A stretch of DNA of 64,000 nt from Bacteroidales bacterium (GCA_034005245.1 JAVEVC010000008.1:10917-74916); one strand, 5' to 3'; shown: positions 1 to 10,756, counted from the stretch's first letter. The notes: generated from the letters alone by a model not told the origin. Numbers and translations are program-made.

Positions 1-1121
1 AGGCTGACGGTGCATTGAGGGATGCCCTTTCAATATTCGATCAGGTTGTAAGCCTGTGTGGCAAGAATATTACATACAAGGATGTACTTGAAAATCTTAA
101 TGTCCTTGATTATGAATATTATTTCAGAACTATTGAAGGAGCTGTCAATGGCGAGATTTCAACTTTGCTCCTTACCTTCAATGAAATACTGGAAAAGGGA
201 TTTGACGGCCATAATTTCATAACAGGACTGAACAATCATCTCAGGGATCTTCTTGTTTGCAGGGATGAAAGTACATTAAGGCTGCTTGAAACTACAGCTG
301 CAATAAAACAAAGATATCTGCAGCAAACAAGGAGATGCTCGGAGGACTTTCTATACGGTGCACTTGAAATCGGAAGCAGTTGCGATTTATCTTATAAAAC
401 CAGCAAGAATCCAAGATTGCATGTTGAGTTGTCACTTATCCGCCTCTGTTCTCTCAGCAAGCCAACCAACGTCGAATCCGAAAAAAAAAAGCCTGATATA
501 GTCGTTTCTGAACAAACAGAAGAGATTCTGGCACCTCCTCCTAAATCTGAAATAATACGGCAAACTGGACCTGATTCGCCTGACCGGTATAGAAAGCATG
601 CCCCTCCGCCTGACAAATCTGCTGTTCAGGGTACAAAACCGGGGAAATCAATTTCAATAAAGTCGGTGATGTCAGAAGGACAGAATGTGAAAGAGGACCA
701 GAACGTAGCAATTGTCCAGACCGAAAATGCTGAAAACACCCAGAAGGCTGAAAATGTTGAAATCAATGAAGTTACGATTGATAAAGCATGGAATGATTTT
801 ACCGATACACTTAAAAGTGAAGGAACCAGGATCATAAGCATGTTTAAATCAGTTAAACCTGAACTGGTTAATGACAATCTTATCAGAATTCATCTTAGCA
901 ATGCAGCCCAGAAAGATCTGTTTGTTCAAAATTACAAACAGAAGCTGATTACTTTCCTGACAGATAAATTAAGTCTTCAAGATATTGATATCGAGACCAT
1001 TGTTGATCTTTCAGAGAATAACGATATACTATATTCGGATGAACAGAAATACAATTACCTGGTAGCAAAATACCCGGCTCTGAAAGAACTGAAGAAAACT
1101 TTCAACCTTGATATACATTGA
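1..1121 (+). CDS. dnaX: DNA polymerase III subunit tau/gamma, C-terminal ~370 codons (5' end cut by window edge)
   Basis: Frame stays open to the window edge (ADGALRDALSIFDQV...). The sequence is DnaX domain III-like, followed by a P/K/E-rich linker and a C-terminal tau-type domain. Stop codon at 1119-1121. Confidence 0.9.
   Translation, partial: ADGALRDALSIFDQVVSLCGKNITYKDVLENLNVLDYEYYFRTIEGAVNGEISTLLLTFNEILEKGFDGHNFITGLNNHLRDLLVCRDESTLRLLETTAAIKQRYLQQTRRCSEDFLYGALEIGSSCDLSYKTSKNPRLHVELSLIRLCSLSKPTNVESEKKKPDIVVSEQTEEILAPPPKSEIIRQTGPDSPDRYRKHAPPPDKSAVQGTKPGKSISIKSVMSEGQNVKEDQNVAIVQTENAENTQKAENVEINEVTIDKAWNDFTDTLKSEGTRIISMFKSVKPELVNDNLIRIHLSNAAQKDLFVQNYKQKLITFLTDKLSLQDIDIETIVDLSENNDILYSDEQKYNYLVAKYPALKELKKTFNLDIH
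481..496 (+). other. Candidate recoding site in dnaX: A10 run containing in-frame A_AAA_AAG, with TGA one codon downstream in the -1 frame
   Basis: Zero-frame codons are GAA AAA AAA AAG CCT (480-494), so the heptamer A_AAA_AAG lies at 485-491. After a -1 slip the reading is GCC (491-493) then TGA (494-496). The +1 frame reads AGC CTG ATA then TAG (499-501). Confidence 0.4.
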
Positions 1122-1151
1122 TCTGACCACGTTTTCCTATTTGAGCAAAAA

Positions 1152-2366
1152 GTGAACAAGAAAAGTGACATTGGAAAGAATCCTGAATATGCCGGGAAAA
1201 GCGAAAAACATCATAATCTGTCATCTCTGGTAATATCAGATCCTCTTTCAGCAGGATTAAAGTCTATGATGAGTGTTATTGACAGGGATTACCGATATGA
1301 AAGTGTTAATGTGAAGTTCTGCAGAGCACATGGAAAGGATCAGCATTTTTTCACCGGGAATACTTTGCCGGCCGTTTGGGGAAATGAAGTATTCAGTGAT
1401 TTTATCAAACCAAAAGTAGATTTATGCCTCAGGGGAAAGATCGTCAGGTACGAGGCGTTCTTCAGGATTGCTGAATCCCGGATGAATTGTTATGAAGTAT
1501 TTCTCCGGCCAGCCAGGGATTCGAAAGGGCAGGTAACTCATATTGTTGCTGAAACACTTGATATCAGCACTGTTAAACGTTCGCAAAAAAGAGCTGGAAT
1601 TATCCGGAAAAGCCAGGGAAGTTTTGATAAAGACCCTCAGGGAAAAATACCTGCTTCAAAGGAAGTGGAAGCGTATGAAGTTCTTTCGGGGGGAATTGCT
1701 CATGATCTGAACAATATACTGACTACTATCGAAGGATATGCAGAGATGCTTGCAGCCGATCACCAGAATGATTCCGGCAGCCGTGAGAAGATATTAAGGA
1801 TACTATCCTCGGTTGACAGGGCAAGATCGATAACGGGCCAGTTGCTTCTCACAAGAAAGCAAAGCGGTTTTGAGAAAAAGAATATTAATGTTTCGAAATT
1901 GCTGAATGAGACATTAGATCTCATAAGACCTAACCTGCCTCCTGACGTGATTATTGAAACAGAACTGAAAGCAGATGATGCCCGTGTTCTTTCCGATCCT
2001 TCACAAATATTCAGGATATTTTTCAATCTTGTTACCAATGCCATTCAGGCTATGGAACAGAAAGGAGGAATTCTTTCAATAAAAATGTTTGTTGCTCAGC
2101 GGGATACAATGGTAAGTATAAGAAACCAACGAAGCAGTGCAGGGAAATTTGTAATAATTTCATTTCAGGATACAGGCAAAGGCATGACTCCGGCTGTGAT
2201 GAAACGGATGTTTGAACCCTTCTATTCAACAAGGGAAGGAAGAAAAATCTCTGGATTAGGGTTATCGGTTGTATATGAATTGGTTAGTGAACTGGGTGGA
2301 AGTATTTTTGTTTCAAGTGAGGAAAATATAGGATCCGAATTCGAAATTATACTTCCGGTGGTTTAA
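1152..2366 (+). CDS. Cytoplasmic PAS-domain sensor histidine kinase
   Basis: H-box GIAHDLNNILTTIEGYAEML, N-box NLVTNAIQAM, G-boxes DTGKGM and GLGLSVV. The N-terminal region is PAS-like and I see no TM segment. GTG start, so the start is uncertain. Confidence 0.85.
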   Translation: MNKKSDIGKNPEYAGKSEKHHNLSSLVISDPLSAGLKSMMSVIDRDYRYESVNVKFCRAHGKDQHFFTGNTLPAVWGNEVFSDFIKPKVDLCLRGKIVRYEAFFRIAESRMNCYEVFLRPARDSKGQVTHIVAETLDISTVKRSQKRAGIIRKSQGSFDKDPQGKIPASKEVEAYEVLSGGIAHDLNNILTTIEGYAEMLAADHQNDSGSREKILRILSSVDRARSITGQLLLTRKQSGFEKKNINVSKLLNETLDLIRPNLPPDVIIETELKADDARVLSDPSQIFRIFFNLVTNAIQAMEQKGGILSIKMFVAQRDTMVSIRNQRSSAGKFVIISFQDTGKGMTPAVMKRMFEPFYSTREGRKISGLGLSVVYELVSELGGSIFVSSEENIGSEFEIILPVV

Positions 2367-2476
2367 CTTAAGCCAATAATCATGGAATGGTTCTTTATGT
2401 TTAAAAAGAGATTTTTAAAAACATTTTAAGAATTATAAATTAGCGTTTGATTTAGTACGGAATAAAATATCCTTAA

Positions 2477-2857
2477 ATGCCAGGTGTACTTATCATAGAA
2501 GACGATGATGATCTGAGGGAAATGCTTAAAACTGCCTTTTCAAGGATTGATATTGAAGTTCAGGAAGCAGCCAATGGGAGAGAGGCCCTGAAACACTTCA
2601 AGCCCAATTCCACAGATCTTGTTATAACTGATATTATCATGCCCGAAGAGGACGGCCTTAAAGTTATCATGAAAATGAGGGAATTGAAGCCTGGAATTAA
2701 AATTATCGCCATATCAGGTGGAGGAAAAGCAGGTCCTGGCGGTTATCTGCAGGTGGCTAAAACTCTTGGTGCAGATGGAATATTCTCAAAGCCATTCTCT
2801 CTTAGTGACCTGATATCCATGGTGTCATCTCTTCTCAGACTTGAACAAAACGAATAA
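2477..2857 (+). CDS. Single-domain response regulator (CheY-like receiver)
   Basis: 126 aa with an acidic pocket (EDDDD), the phospho-acceptor context DLVITDIIMP and a conserved KPF near the C-terminus. It lies directly downstream of the histidine kinase. Confidence 0.9.
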   Translation: MPGVLIIEDDDDLREMLKTAFSRIDIEVQEAANGREALKHFKPNSTDLVITDIIMPEEDGLKVIMKMRELKPGIKIIAISGGGKAGPGGYLQVAKTLGADGIFSKPFSLSDLISMVSSLLRLEQNE

Positions 2858-2892
2858 GATAATGTTATAGGTAGTACTAAAAAATCATAGTT

Positions 2893-3405
2893 ATGTTAAA
2901 AGCAAAAATCGAAGATATCTGCAACAGGCAGATAGAAAGAGAAGGATACTCTTCAAACCTTTATCTGGCAATGGCTTCATGGGCTGAAACAAGTGGTTAT
3001 GCAGGAATTGCTCAATGGCTGTACAGTCAGGCTGATGAGGAGCGGATGCATATGCTGAAATTTGTTAAGTATATAAATGAAAGAGGGGGTAAAGCAATTA
3101 TTCCTGCATTTAAAAAACCAGGTATCGAGTATAAGAATATTGATGAAATGTTCAGGGAAGTCCTTAAACATGAACAGTTTATCACGGCCAGCATAAATGA
3201 GATCGTTGCCCTGACACTTGAGGAAAAGGACTTCAGCACATATAATTTTTTGCAGTGGTTTGTCTCTGAGCAGGTTGAAGAAGAATCATCTGTGCAAGCC
3301 ATAATTGACAAGCTTCAGTTAGTCGGAAAGAATAACATGTACGCGTTCGACAGAGATATAATGAAATTACGAACGTCTGAGTCTGATGCTCAGGCTTCAG
3401 AATGA
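2893..3405 (+). CDS. ftnA: Non-heme ferritin
   Basis: 170 aa with ferritin four-helix motifs (REGYSSNLYLAMASWAE, DEERMHMLKFVKYINERGG, KHEQFIT, WFVSEQVEEE). Confidence 0.9.
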   Translation: MLKAKIEDICNRQIEREGYSSNLYLAMASWAETSGYAGIAQWLYSQADEERMHMLKFVKYINERGGKAIIPAFKKPGIEYKNIDEMFREVLKHEQFITASINEIVALTLEEKDFSTYNFLQWFVSEQVEEESSVQAIIDKLQLVGKNNMYAFDRDIMKLRTSESDAQASE

Positions 3406-5864
3406 AAGAGAAATTCGTATTACTCACGTGTTTTTTATTAATAACAGCAGGGTATATTCTACTGGGTCAGACACGTATACCAAATAACGCTGTATATGGT
3501 GTATGTTACGCCGGCTCAAGGGTAAACAGGATATATATTCCACCTCCAAAGGTATTTGAGGAACATTCAAAAGGACGGAAAATCGGAAATATTACAGTCC
3601 TGTACAATGGATTTACTGACGACGCAAAAACAGCAGTAGAATACGCTTGCTCCATTCTGGAATCGTATCTTCCTCCTGACCTGGACCTTACAGTCAGGGC
3701 TTCATGGACCAAGATTTCCGATTCAGGGGTTCTTGGTAATTCTAGAAGTGCTGCATTTGTGGGAGGATGGTCAATCGATGCACAGAATCCTTTTGCGTAT
3801 TATCCGATCGGTCTTGCAGAGAAAATAAGCGGGGAGAAACTGAATGAAGACTGGGAAGCTGACATCGAACTGGTTATTAACAGTTCTTCAAACTGGTATA
3901 CCGGTATCGACGGAAATACTCCCACGAGGAACTATGACCTGGTAACGGTGATCCTTCATGAACTGATGCATGGCCTTGGCTTTTTCGATAGCATGGGAAC
4001 CGACGGTTCTGTGGCATGGTACGGATTAAGTTCAATACCATTGATTTACGACACTTTTGTGGAAGATGTCAGTGGAGTTAAACTTACTGATACCCTGGTG
4101 TATGAACAAAATTCTGCAGAACTTTACCTGTCTCTTACAGGTGGCCAGCTTTATTTTAAAGGACCCCTGTCTGATACATTTGCCCAGGGCTCAAGAATCA
4201 AACTATATGTGCCTTCTCGGTGGGATGAAGGTTCGAGTGTATCACACCTTGATGAAACAGTGACCCGGCCGGAAAACTCGCTAATGACACCTTTCATTGA
4301 TCTCGGAGAGGCTATTCATGATCCTGGCTTGCTTACATTGTCAATCCTCGGCGACCTTGGCTGGATAAATACACGGATATTGCACCAGCCTCCGGATGAT
4401 ACCGAAGAACTGATTTCATCAATTGAATTATCCTTGGAAATCATATCTGATACATCATATAATGAGGATAAGGTCGTGATGGCATATTCATTCAATGATT
4501 TCAGCACAACCGATTCCATCTATATGGTTCCTGGCAGCACCGGAGATTCATATGAGGGAACATTAAGTATTCCATCGTACAATACCAGGCTAAGTTATTA
4601 CTTTTTCACTGAAGACGGATTCGGACGTGTTTACAGATCACCGTCATTGGGTCAGCTAATGCCGTATAATGTTTATATTGGCATTGATACAGTTAAGCCG
4701 TTAATAACTCATACTCCGGGAGAATATTTTTTTGAAGAAATGGACTCACTGCTGTTTGCAGCCTTTATCACGGATAATATCGGAGTTGATACGGCATATT
4801 TAGAATTGAAAATCAATGATGGAGAAGCCGGGTATTACGGATTGTTGAGAAGGGAAAATGATGAGTTCAATCTGCCGTTCCGTCTTAACCGGTCAATTAT
4901 CCGTGGCGGGGATTCCATACAATACCGGATCATTGCTGTTGATGAGTCTTCAAGACGAAATACCAGTACTTCACCTGAAAATGGGTATTATATTTTGAAT
5001 GCAGAAGAGCTCAAACCGGTCATTAGTCAGTATAGTACAGATTTTGAGGGGAATAGTGATGATTTCTTTAATGTTGGATTTGAAATAACTGATTTCACTG
5101 GTTTCAGCAGCAACGCACTTCACTCAGAGCATCCCTATCGAAGTCCTGAAGAAGATGATAAGAACCTGGAATTCATTTCTGTTTTAAGGCATCCAATAAT
5201 TTTTGACCAGTCAGGCATGGTCATTAAATTCAGGGAGATAGTGCTTGTTGAACCTGGTGAAGATGGTTCGGTTTACGGCTTTTCAGATTTTTATGATTAT
5301 GTGATATTGGAAGGCTCCAGGGATTTTGGAAGGAATTGGTTTAGTATTGCTGACGGGTATGACTGCCGGCAAAATATAACTTGGGAGAATGCATACAACA
5401 GCTCCATAGATGGGATTAATTCAACGTACCAGGCTAAAGAATCGATGTTTATCGATCATTTCTTCTATCCCAGATTGCCTGATAAAATCTCTTCGGGGGA
5501 TTCATTGCTAATAAGATTCAGGTTATTCTCAGATCCTTATGCAAACGGATGGGGCTGGGTTATTGATGATCTTGATATTAATCCCCTGGTTGATAATATA
5601 AGAAATCCTCACATTGATGAAGAAATTAAACTATATCCAAATCCAGGTAACGGTTTTGTAAAGCTCGGCATAAATGATCCTCTTTCTTACAGGATCATCA
5701 AATACAGTATTTACACTACTTCAGGAATATGCCTGGTAAACATGCAGGATGCAGGTGATTCGGAACTTACTATTAATATATCAAAATATTCATCAGGTAT
5801 TTACATTATTGTCCTTCATCTTGATAACATGGTAAGGACATTCCGTTACAGCCTGATAAGATGA
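3402..5864 (+). CDS. Secreted zinc-metalloprotease-like protein with T9SS C-terminal sorting domain
   Basis: N-terminal signal peptide (MKEKFVLLTCFLLITAGYILLG). Zinc motif HELMHGLGFFD is encoded at 3957-3989. The C-terminal ~80 aa match the T9SS CTD pattern (KLYPNPGNGFVKL...SGIYIIVLHL...). The ATGA at 3402-3405 is a 4-bp overlap with the ferritin stop. Confidence 0.7.
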   Translation: MKEKFVLLTCFLLITAGYILLGQTRIPNNAVYGVCYAGSRVNRIYIPPPKVFEEHSKGRKIGNITVLYNGFTDDAKTAVEYACSILESYLPPDLDLTVRASWTKISDSGVLGNSRSAAFVGGWSIDAQNPFAYYPIGLAEKISGEKLNEDWEADIELVINSSSNWYTGIDGNTPTRNYDLVTVILHELMHGLGFFDSMGTDGSVAWYGLSSIPLIYDTFVEDVSGVKLTDTLVYEQNSAELYLSLTGGQLYFKGPLSDTFAQGSRIKLYVPSRWDEGSSVSHLDETVTRPENSLMTPFIDLGEAIHDPGLLTLSILGDLGWINTRILHQPPDDTEELISSIELSLEIISDTSYNEDKVVMAYSFNDFSTTDSIYMVPGSTGDSYEGTLSIPSYNTRLSYYFFTEDGFGRVYRSPSLGQLMPYNVYIGIDTVKPLITHTPGEYFFEEMDSLLFAAFITDNIGVDTAYLELKINDGEAGYYGLLRRENDEFNLPFRLNRSIIRGGDSIQYRIIAVDESSRRNTSTSPENGYYILNAEELKPVISQYSTDFEGNSDDFFNVGFEITDFTGFSSNALHSEHPYRSPEEDDKNLEFISVLRHPIIFDQSGMVIKFREIVLVEPGEDGSVYGFSDFYDYVILEGSRDFGRNWFSIADGYDCRQNITWENAYNSSIDGINSTYQAKESMFIDHFFYPRLPDKISSGDSLLIRFRLFSDPYANGWGWVIDDLDINPLVDNIRNPHIDEEIKLYPNPGNGFVKLGINDPLSYRIIKYSIYTTSGICLVNMQDAGDSELTINISKYSSGIYIIVLHLDNMVRTFRYSLIR

Positions 5865-5913
5865 TAAATACCATGGCATCGAAACTGTTTGCTCATGGAG
5901 AACTAAAAAACAC

Positions 5914-5921
5914 TAATTTTG
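5914..5921 (+). promoter_or_regulatory. Bacteroidota-type -7 promoter box (TAATTTTG) upstream of secA
   Basis: Matches the TAnnTTTG consensus and lies 35 nt upstream of the secA ATG. Confidence 0.35.
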
Positions 5922-5955
5922 CGGGGAATTCGAAATCTGCATAAAAATAATTAAA

Positions 5956-8900
5956 ATGAGTATTGTCGATAAGGTTTTGGGTCTTTTCCTGGGGAACAAG
6001 TATGAGAGAGATATTAAAGAGATTAGCCCCTATGTTGAGTTGATAATTACGGAATATGAAAAACTGAAAGGTTTGCCTAATGATCAGTTGAGGAAGTTGA
6101 GTGAGGAATTAAAAAAGGAGATACGCCGGGAAACGGAACCTGAAGAACAGCAAATTGCTAAATTACGAGAAGAAGCTGAAAAAGAGGATGATGTAAACAA
6201 GAAGGAAGAATTATACAATGAAATTGACAGGACGGAGAAGCTTGTTAACGAGAAACTTGAAAAAGCATTGGATCGCCTGCTGCCCAGAGCTTTTGCAATA
6301 GTAAGGGAAACAGCACGCAGGTTCAAGGAAAATCCTGTTCTGGAGGTCACTGCTCTTGATTACGACAAGGATCTTGCTGCTACACGGGAGAGTATAACTA
6401 TAAAGGGGGACAAGGCTCTGTGGAATAACAGGTGGATAGCTGGTGGCAATGAGATCTTGTGGGATATGGTGCACTATGACGTTCAGCTTATCGGAGGTGT
6501 GGCTCTCCATAAGGGTAAAATTGCTGAAATGGCAACAGGAGAGGGCAAAACTGTTGTTGCAACCTTGCCTGTTTTCCTTAATGCCCTGGCAGGTAAGGGC
6601 GTACATATAGTTACTGTTAATGATTACCTTTCAAAACGTGACTCGGAATGGATGGGGCCTATTTATGAATTTCACGGCCTTACTGTCGACTGCATAGATA
6701 AACATCAGCCAAATTCTGCTGGAAGAAGAAAAGCATATAATGCTGATATAACATTCGGAACAAATAATGAATTCGGATTTGACTACCTGCGCGATAATAT
6801 GGCTGTCAATCCCGAGGACCTTGTCCAGAGGAAGCATCACTACGCTATTGTTGATGAGGTTGATTCAGTTCTTATTGATGATGCCCGTACACCTCTTATC
6901 ATATCCGGACCAACTGCAAAAAGTGACACCCAGCAATTCGATGAACTGAAGCCTAAAGTGGAAAAACTCGTTAGTGCTCAGAAACGACTTGTTACACAAA
7001 TTCTTTCAGATGCTAAAAAACACATAGCAGAAGGTAATAATGAGGGAGGAGGGCTTCTCCTGCTGCGTGCATTTAAAGGCCTTCCCAAGAATAATGCGCT
7101 GATAAAGTTCCTGAGCGAAGAGGGAAACAAGTCATTGCTTCTCAAGACCGAGAACTTTTATATGCAGAACAACAACAAGGAGATGCCCAAAGTAACGGAT
7201 GAGCTTTATTTCATTATTGATGAAAAAGCAAACTCCATTGAACTGACTGAAAAGGGACTCGATCTTATCGCTACATCTGTTGAGGATGCCAGCTTTTTTA
7301 TACTTCCGGACGTCGGCTCAAAAATAGCAGACCTGGAAAAAAGCCAGCTTAACGACAGGGAAAAACTGAAATTGAAAGATGAACTGTTACAGGATTATTC
7401 TGTCAAGTCAGAAAGAGTCCATACAATGACCCAGTTGCTTAAAGCACATACCCTGTTTGACAAAGATATTGAATACGTGGTAATTGATAATAAGGTTAAG
7501 ATTGTTGATGAACAGACAGGCCGTATTCTTGAAGGCCGAAGGTATTCAGACGGTTTGCATCAGGCTATTGAGGCAAAGGAGAATGTAAAAGTGGAAGAGG
7601 CAACCCAGACCTATGCAACAATAACACTGCAGAACTACTTCCGTATGTATCATAAACTGGCCGGGATGACAGGGACCGCCGAGACAGAGGCCGGAGAACT
7701 GTGGAACATATATAAGCTTGATGTAGTGGTTATCCCGACCAACAAACCGATCATAAGGACTGATAAAGAGGATATTGTTTATAAGACAAAACGAGAAAAA
7801 TATAACCAGGTAATCTCTGAAATAGAGGAGATGAACAGACAGGGGCGTCCGGTTCTTGTGGGAACGACCTCAGTGGAAATATCGGAGCTGCTCAGCAGGA
7901 TGCTTAAAATGAAGGGACTGAAGCATAATGTCCTGAATGCAAAACTGCATCAGAGAGAGGCAGAAATTGTGGCAGAAGCCGGGAAAAAGGGAACTATTAC
8001 CATTGCGACCAATATGGCAGGTAGGGGAACAGACATAAAACTGACTCCTGAGGTTCGCGATGCAGGAGGCCTTGCAATTATTGGAACTGAAAGGCATGAG
8101 TCAAGGCGTGTTGACAGGCAGCTTCGCGGCCGCTCCGGCAGGCAGGGTGATCCTGGATCATCCCAGTTCTTTGTCTCTCTCGAGGATGAACTTATGAGAT
8201 TGTTTGGATCGGAGAGAATTGCCGGCATAATGGATAAACTGGGTCTTAAAGATGGTGAAATGATACAGCATCCGATGATCACCAAATCGATCGAAAGGGC
8301 TCAGAAAAAAGTTGAGGAAAACAATTTCGGCATAAGAAAGAGGCTTCTTGAATATGACGATGTGATGAACTCTCAGAGGGAAGTTGTATACAGTAAAAGG
8401 AAGCATGCTCTCCTGGGAGAAAGATTGTCTGTTGATATAGCCAATATGATGTATGATGTTACTGAGAATATTGTTGATTCATATCATAAGGAAGGTGATT
8501 TTGAGAATTTCGAATATGATCTGATACGTTCATTTTCAATTGATTCACCAGTCCCGGCATCTGATTTCGTAAAGATAAGTTCAGACCAGGTAACAGAACT
8601 GGTTTACGCAAAAGCTCTTGACACGTACAAAAGGAAGGTCGAATCAATTGCACAACAGGCTTACCCCGTGCTGAAAGACGTATATTCACGTATGTCGCAC
8701 GTTTATGAAAATGTTGTGGTGCCTATCACCGACGGAGTAAGAGTGTTCCAGGTTATCACAAACCTTAAGATAACAGCGGAGTCAGAGGGCAGGGAATTGG
8801 TGAAAGCTTACGAAAAAACAGTTGTGCTTGCAACTATCGACGATGCATGGAAAGAGCATCTCAGGGAAATGGATGAACTCAAGCAATCAGTTCAGAATGC

Positions 8901-9291
8901 CACCTATGAACAAAAAGATCCTCTGCTCATTTATAAATTTGAGTCTTTTGAGCTCTTTAAGCTGATGATCAACAAAGTGAATAAAGATGTGGTAAGTACG
9001 CTGATGAAAGGTCATATCCCAATACAGGATCCCGACCAGGTTAAAGAAGCTCAGAGAAGGCGACAGGTTGATCAGGACCGGCTTAGAGCATCAAAAAGTG
9101 ACTTCTCACAATATAGCAGCACCGGTGGAGGTGACAGCCAGGAAAAGAATCAAAAAGCTGAACCTGTACGGGTCGAAAAGAAAGTAGGTAGAAATGATCC
9201 CTGTCCTTGCGGAAGCGGCAAAAAATATAAGCAATGTCATGGCAGAATTCAGCAGCAGGAGACTCCAGGAGGTGTTTCCCCCAGGCCATGA
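5956..9291 (+). CDS. secA: Preprotein translocase ATPase SecA
   Basis: 1111 aa. Walker [13 protein letters not shown]-like [30 protein letters not shown], and a C-terminal zinc finger [14 protein letters not shown]. Confidence 0.97.
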   Translation: MSIVDKVLGLFLGNKYERDIKEISPYVELIITEYEKLKGLPNDQLRKLSEELKKEIRRETEPEEQQIAKLREEAEKEDDVNKKEELYNEIDRTEKLVNEKLEKALDRLLPRAFAIVRETARRFKENPVLEVTALDYDKDLAATRESITIKGDKALWNNRWIAGGNEILWDMVHYDVQLIGGVALHKGKIAEMATGEGKTVVATLPVFLNALAGKGVHIVTVNDYLSKRDSEWMGPIYEFHGLTVDCIDKHQPNSAGRRKAYNADITFGTNNEFGFDYLRDNMAVNPEDLVQRKHHYAIVDEVDSVLIDDARTPLIISGPTAKSDTQQFDELKPKVEKLVSAQKRLVTQILSDAKKHIAEGNNEGGGLLLLRAFKGLPKNNALIKFLSEEGNKSLLLKTENFYMQNNNKEMPKVTDELYFIIDEKANSIELTEKGLDLIATSVEDASFFILPDVGSKIADLEKSQLNDREKLKLKDELLQDYSVKSERVHTMTQLLKAHTLFDKDIEYVVIDNKVKIVDEQTGRILEGRRYSDGLHQAIEAKENVKVEEATQTYATITLQNYFRMYHKLAGMTGTAETEAGELWNIYKLDVVVIPTNKPIIRTDKEDIVYKTKREKYNQVISEIEEMNRQGRPVLVGTTSVEISELLSRMLKMKGLKHNVLNAKLHQREAEIVAEAGKKGTITIATNMAGRGTDIKLTPEVRDAGGLAIIGTERHESRRVDRQLRGRSGRQGDPGSSQFFVSLEDELMRLFGSERIAGIMDKLGLKDGEMIQHPMITKSIERAQKKVEENNFGIRKRLLEYDDVMNSQREVVYSKRKHALLGERLSVDIANMMYDVTENIVDSYHKEGDFENFEYDLIRSFSIDSPVPASDFVKISSDQVTELVYAKALDTYKRKVESIAQQAYPVLKDVYSRMSHVYENVVVPITDGVRVFQVITNLKITAESEGRELVKAYEKTVVLATIDDAWKEHLREMDELKQSVQNATYEQKDPLLIYKFESFELFKLMINKVNKDVVSTLMKGHIPIQDPDQVKEAQRRRQVDQDRLRASKSDFSQYSSTGGGDSQEKNQKAEPVRVEKKVGRNDPCPCGSGKKYKQCHGRIQQQETPGGVSPRP

Positions 9292-10179
9292 TCAGGCTTT
9301 GGTGACATCCTCCATAGCCTTCTGGATCCTCAATAAAGTTGAACGACTTACCTGAACAAGTGGCAAACGGAGATTATTCTGGCATAGATTCATTAAGCTG
9401 AGCATGGCTTTTATACCTGACGGATTACCTTCGATGAACAACAATTCGATAAGCTCAAGATACCTGAACAGTCCTTCCCTTGCTGATTTGTAGTTATTCT
9501 TTAAGGCATTGCCAATAATCTCAGATGTCTGAGCCGGAAATGCGTTGGCAAGCACTGAGATAACACCAGCACCTCCGGCTGCAATGGAAGGAAGCGCCAT
9601 AAGGTCATCTCCCGATATAAGATTAAAGTTTTCGGGCTTACCTTTTATTATCTTTATGGTCTGATTGAAATCAGGGGATGACTCTTTTATTCCTGCAATG
9701 TTCTCACATTCGTGTGCAAGCTGCAAACAGGTTTCTGCAGAAATGTTAACACCCGTTCTCCCAGGGATATTGTATATTATGACCGGCACCGGGCTGAAGG
9801 TTGCAATCGACTTAAAGTGCTGGAAAATACCTCGCTGCGTTGGTTTATTATAGTAGGGGGCAACAGACAGGATCCCATCAACTCCGGTGAGGTCTGCCTC
9901 ACGGATTGAATTTAAAACTTCACGAGTGTTATTCCCGCCAATGCCAACAACAACCGGAACCCTGTTATCATTAACTTCCAGAACATAAGATAGCACGGCC
10001 TGTTTTTCATCACTGGAAAGAGTTACTGATTCACCCGTTGTTCCCAACGCTACAATATAATTGACTCCGCCATCAATTATGTGATTAACAATCCTGCCCA
10101 GCGCAGCAAAATCAATGCTCGAATCGTTTTTAAAAGGAGTAATTATTGCCACTCCGGTTCCCTTGAACTTCTTCATCAT
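9292..10179 (-). CDS. dapA: 4-hydroxy-tetrahydrodipicolinate synthase
   Basis: 295 aa with GTGVAIITPF, ALGTTGES and YNIPGRTG motifs typical of DapA. Confidence 0.95.
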   Translation of the reverse strand: MMKKFKGTGVAIITPFKNDSSIDFAALGRIVNHIIDGGVNYIVALGTTGESVTLSSDEKQAVLSYVLEVNDNRVPVVVGIGGNNTREVLNSIREADLTGVDGILSVAPYYNKPTQRGIFQHFKSIATFSPVPVIIYNIPGRTGVNISAETCLQLAHECENIAGIKESSPDFNQTIKIIKGKPENFNLISGDDLMALPSIAAGGAGVISVLANAFPAQTSEIIGNALKNNYKSAREGLFRYLELIELLFIEGNPSGIKAMLSLMNLCQNNLRLPLVQVSRSTLLRIQKAMEDVTKA

Positions 10180-10186
10180 TTGCCTA

Positions 10187-10756
10187 TTAAATTGCAGTTT
10201 TTTCTGATCTGGAACTTAGCATGCCAAGATAGTGCATAATCTGATTCAGATAATCCTCAATGCCTGTGTTTTTTTTCAAATCTATCATGAGATCACAGGG
10301 AGATTTCTCAGGATTGTCGTTGGTTAATCCTGCCTTCAAAGATGCAACAGAGAGGGAACTGATATAAAGTAGAGGGAAAAGCTTGTTGAAGTTAATATCT
10401 ATCAAAACATCAAACCTGGTATTTATAAATAATGCAACTTCAGGCGATTTTGGTCGGTAAAAGAAATCTATATCCTTCTCTTTAAGGCACGTAAGATAGC
10501 GAATGGCAGTATATTTATCTGGCAGCTCTTTTGCAGGGAAATATCCCATTATCTTAACTTCTATATTCTTTTGGTGCATCTTCTGATGAAAAGCTGCCAA
10601 AATTGGAAAATCTTCAGGCCGGGAAGCATCCCACACAATCCCAATTGATTTAATGCAGGCAAGTCCCGGGAAGACCCGTTTTCTTTCACGGCTCTTTAAC
10701 TTCCCTTGAAGTAACGACATCCCGGTTTTTATCCGGATTCTCCTGAACAGTTCCAT
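10187..10756 (-). CDS. Hypothetical protein
   Basis: 189-aa ORF packed between ligA and dapA on the same strand. I recognise no motif. The start is uncertain (an alternative Met lies 12 codons in). Confidence 0.55.
   Translation of the reverse strand: MELFRRIRIKTGMSLLQGKLKSRERKRVFPGLACIKSIGIVWDASRPEDFPILAAFHQKMHQKNIEVKIMGYFPAKELPDKYTAIRYLTCLKEKDIDFFYRPKSPEVALFINTRFDVLIDINFNKLFPLLYISSLSVASLKAGLTNDNPEKSPCDLMIDLKKNTGIEDYLNQIMHYLGMLSSRSEKTAI

Noticed and set aside
9226-9291. SecA extends about 15 residues beyond its C-terminal zinc finger and ends flush against the dapA stop
   Set aside because: Short tails after the [14 protein letters not shown] motif seem to me within normal family variation. 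I see no sign of a frameshift or fusion.
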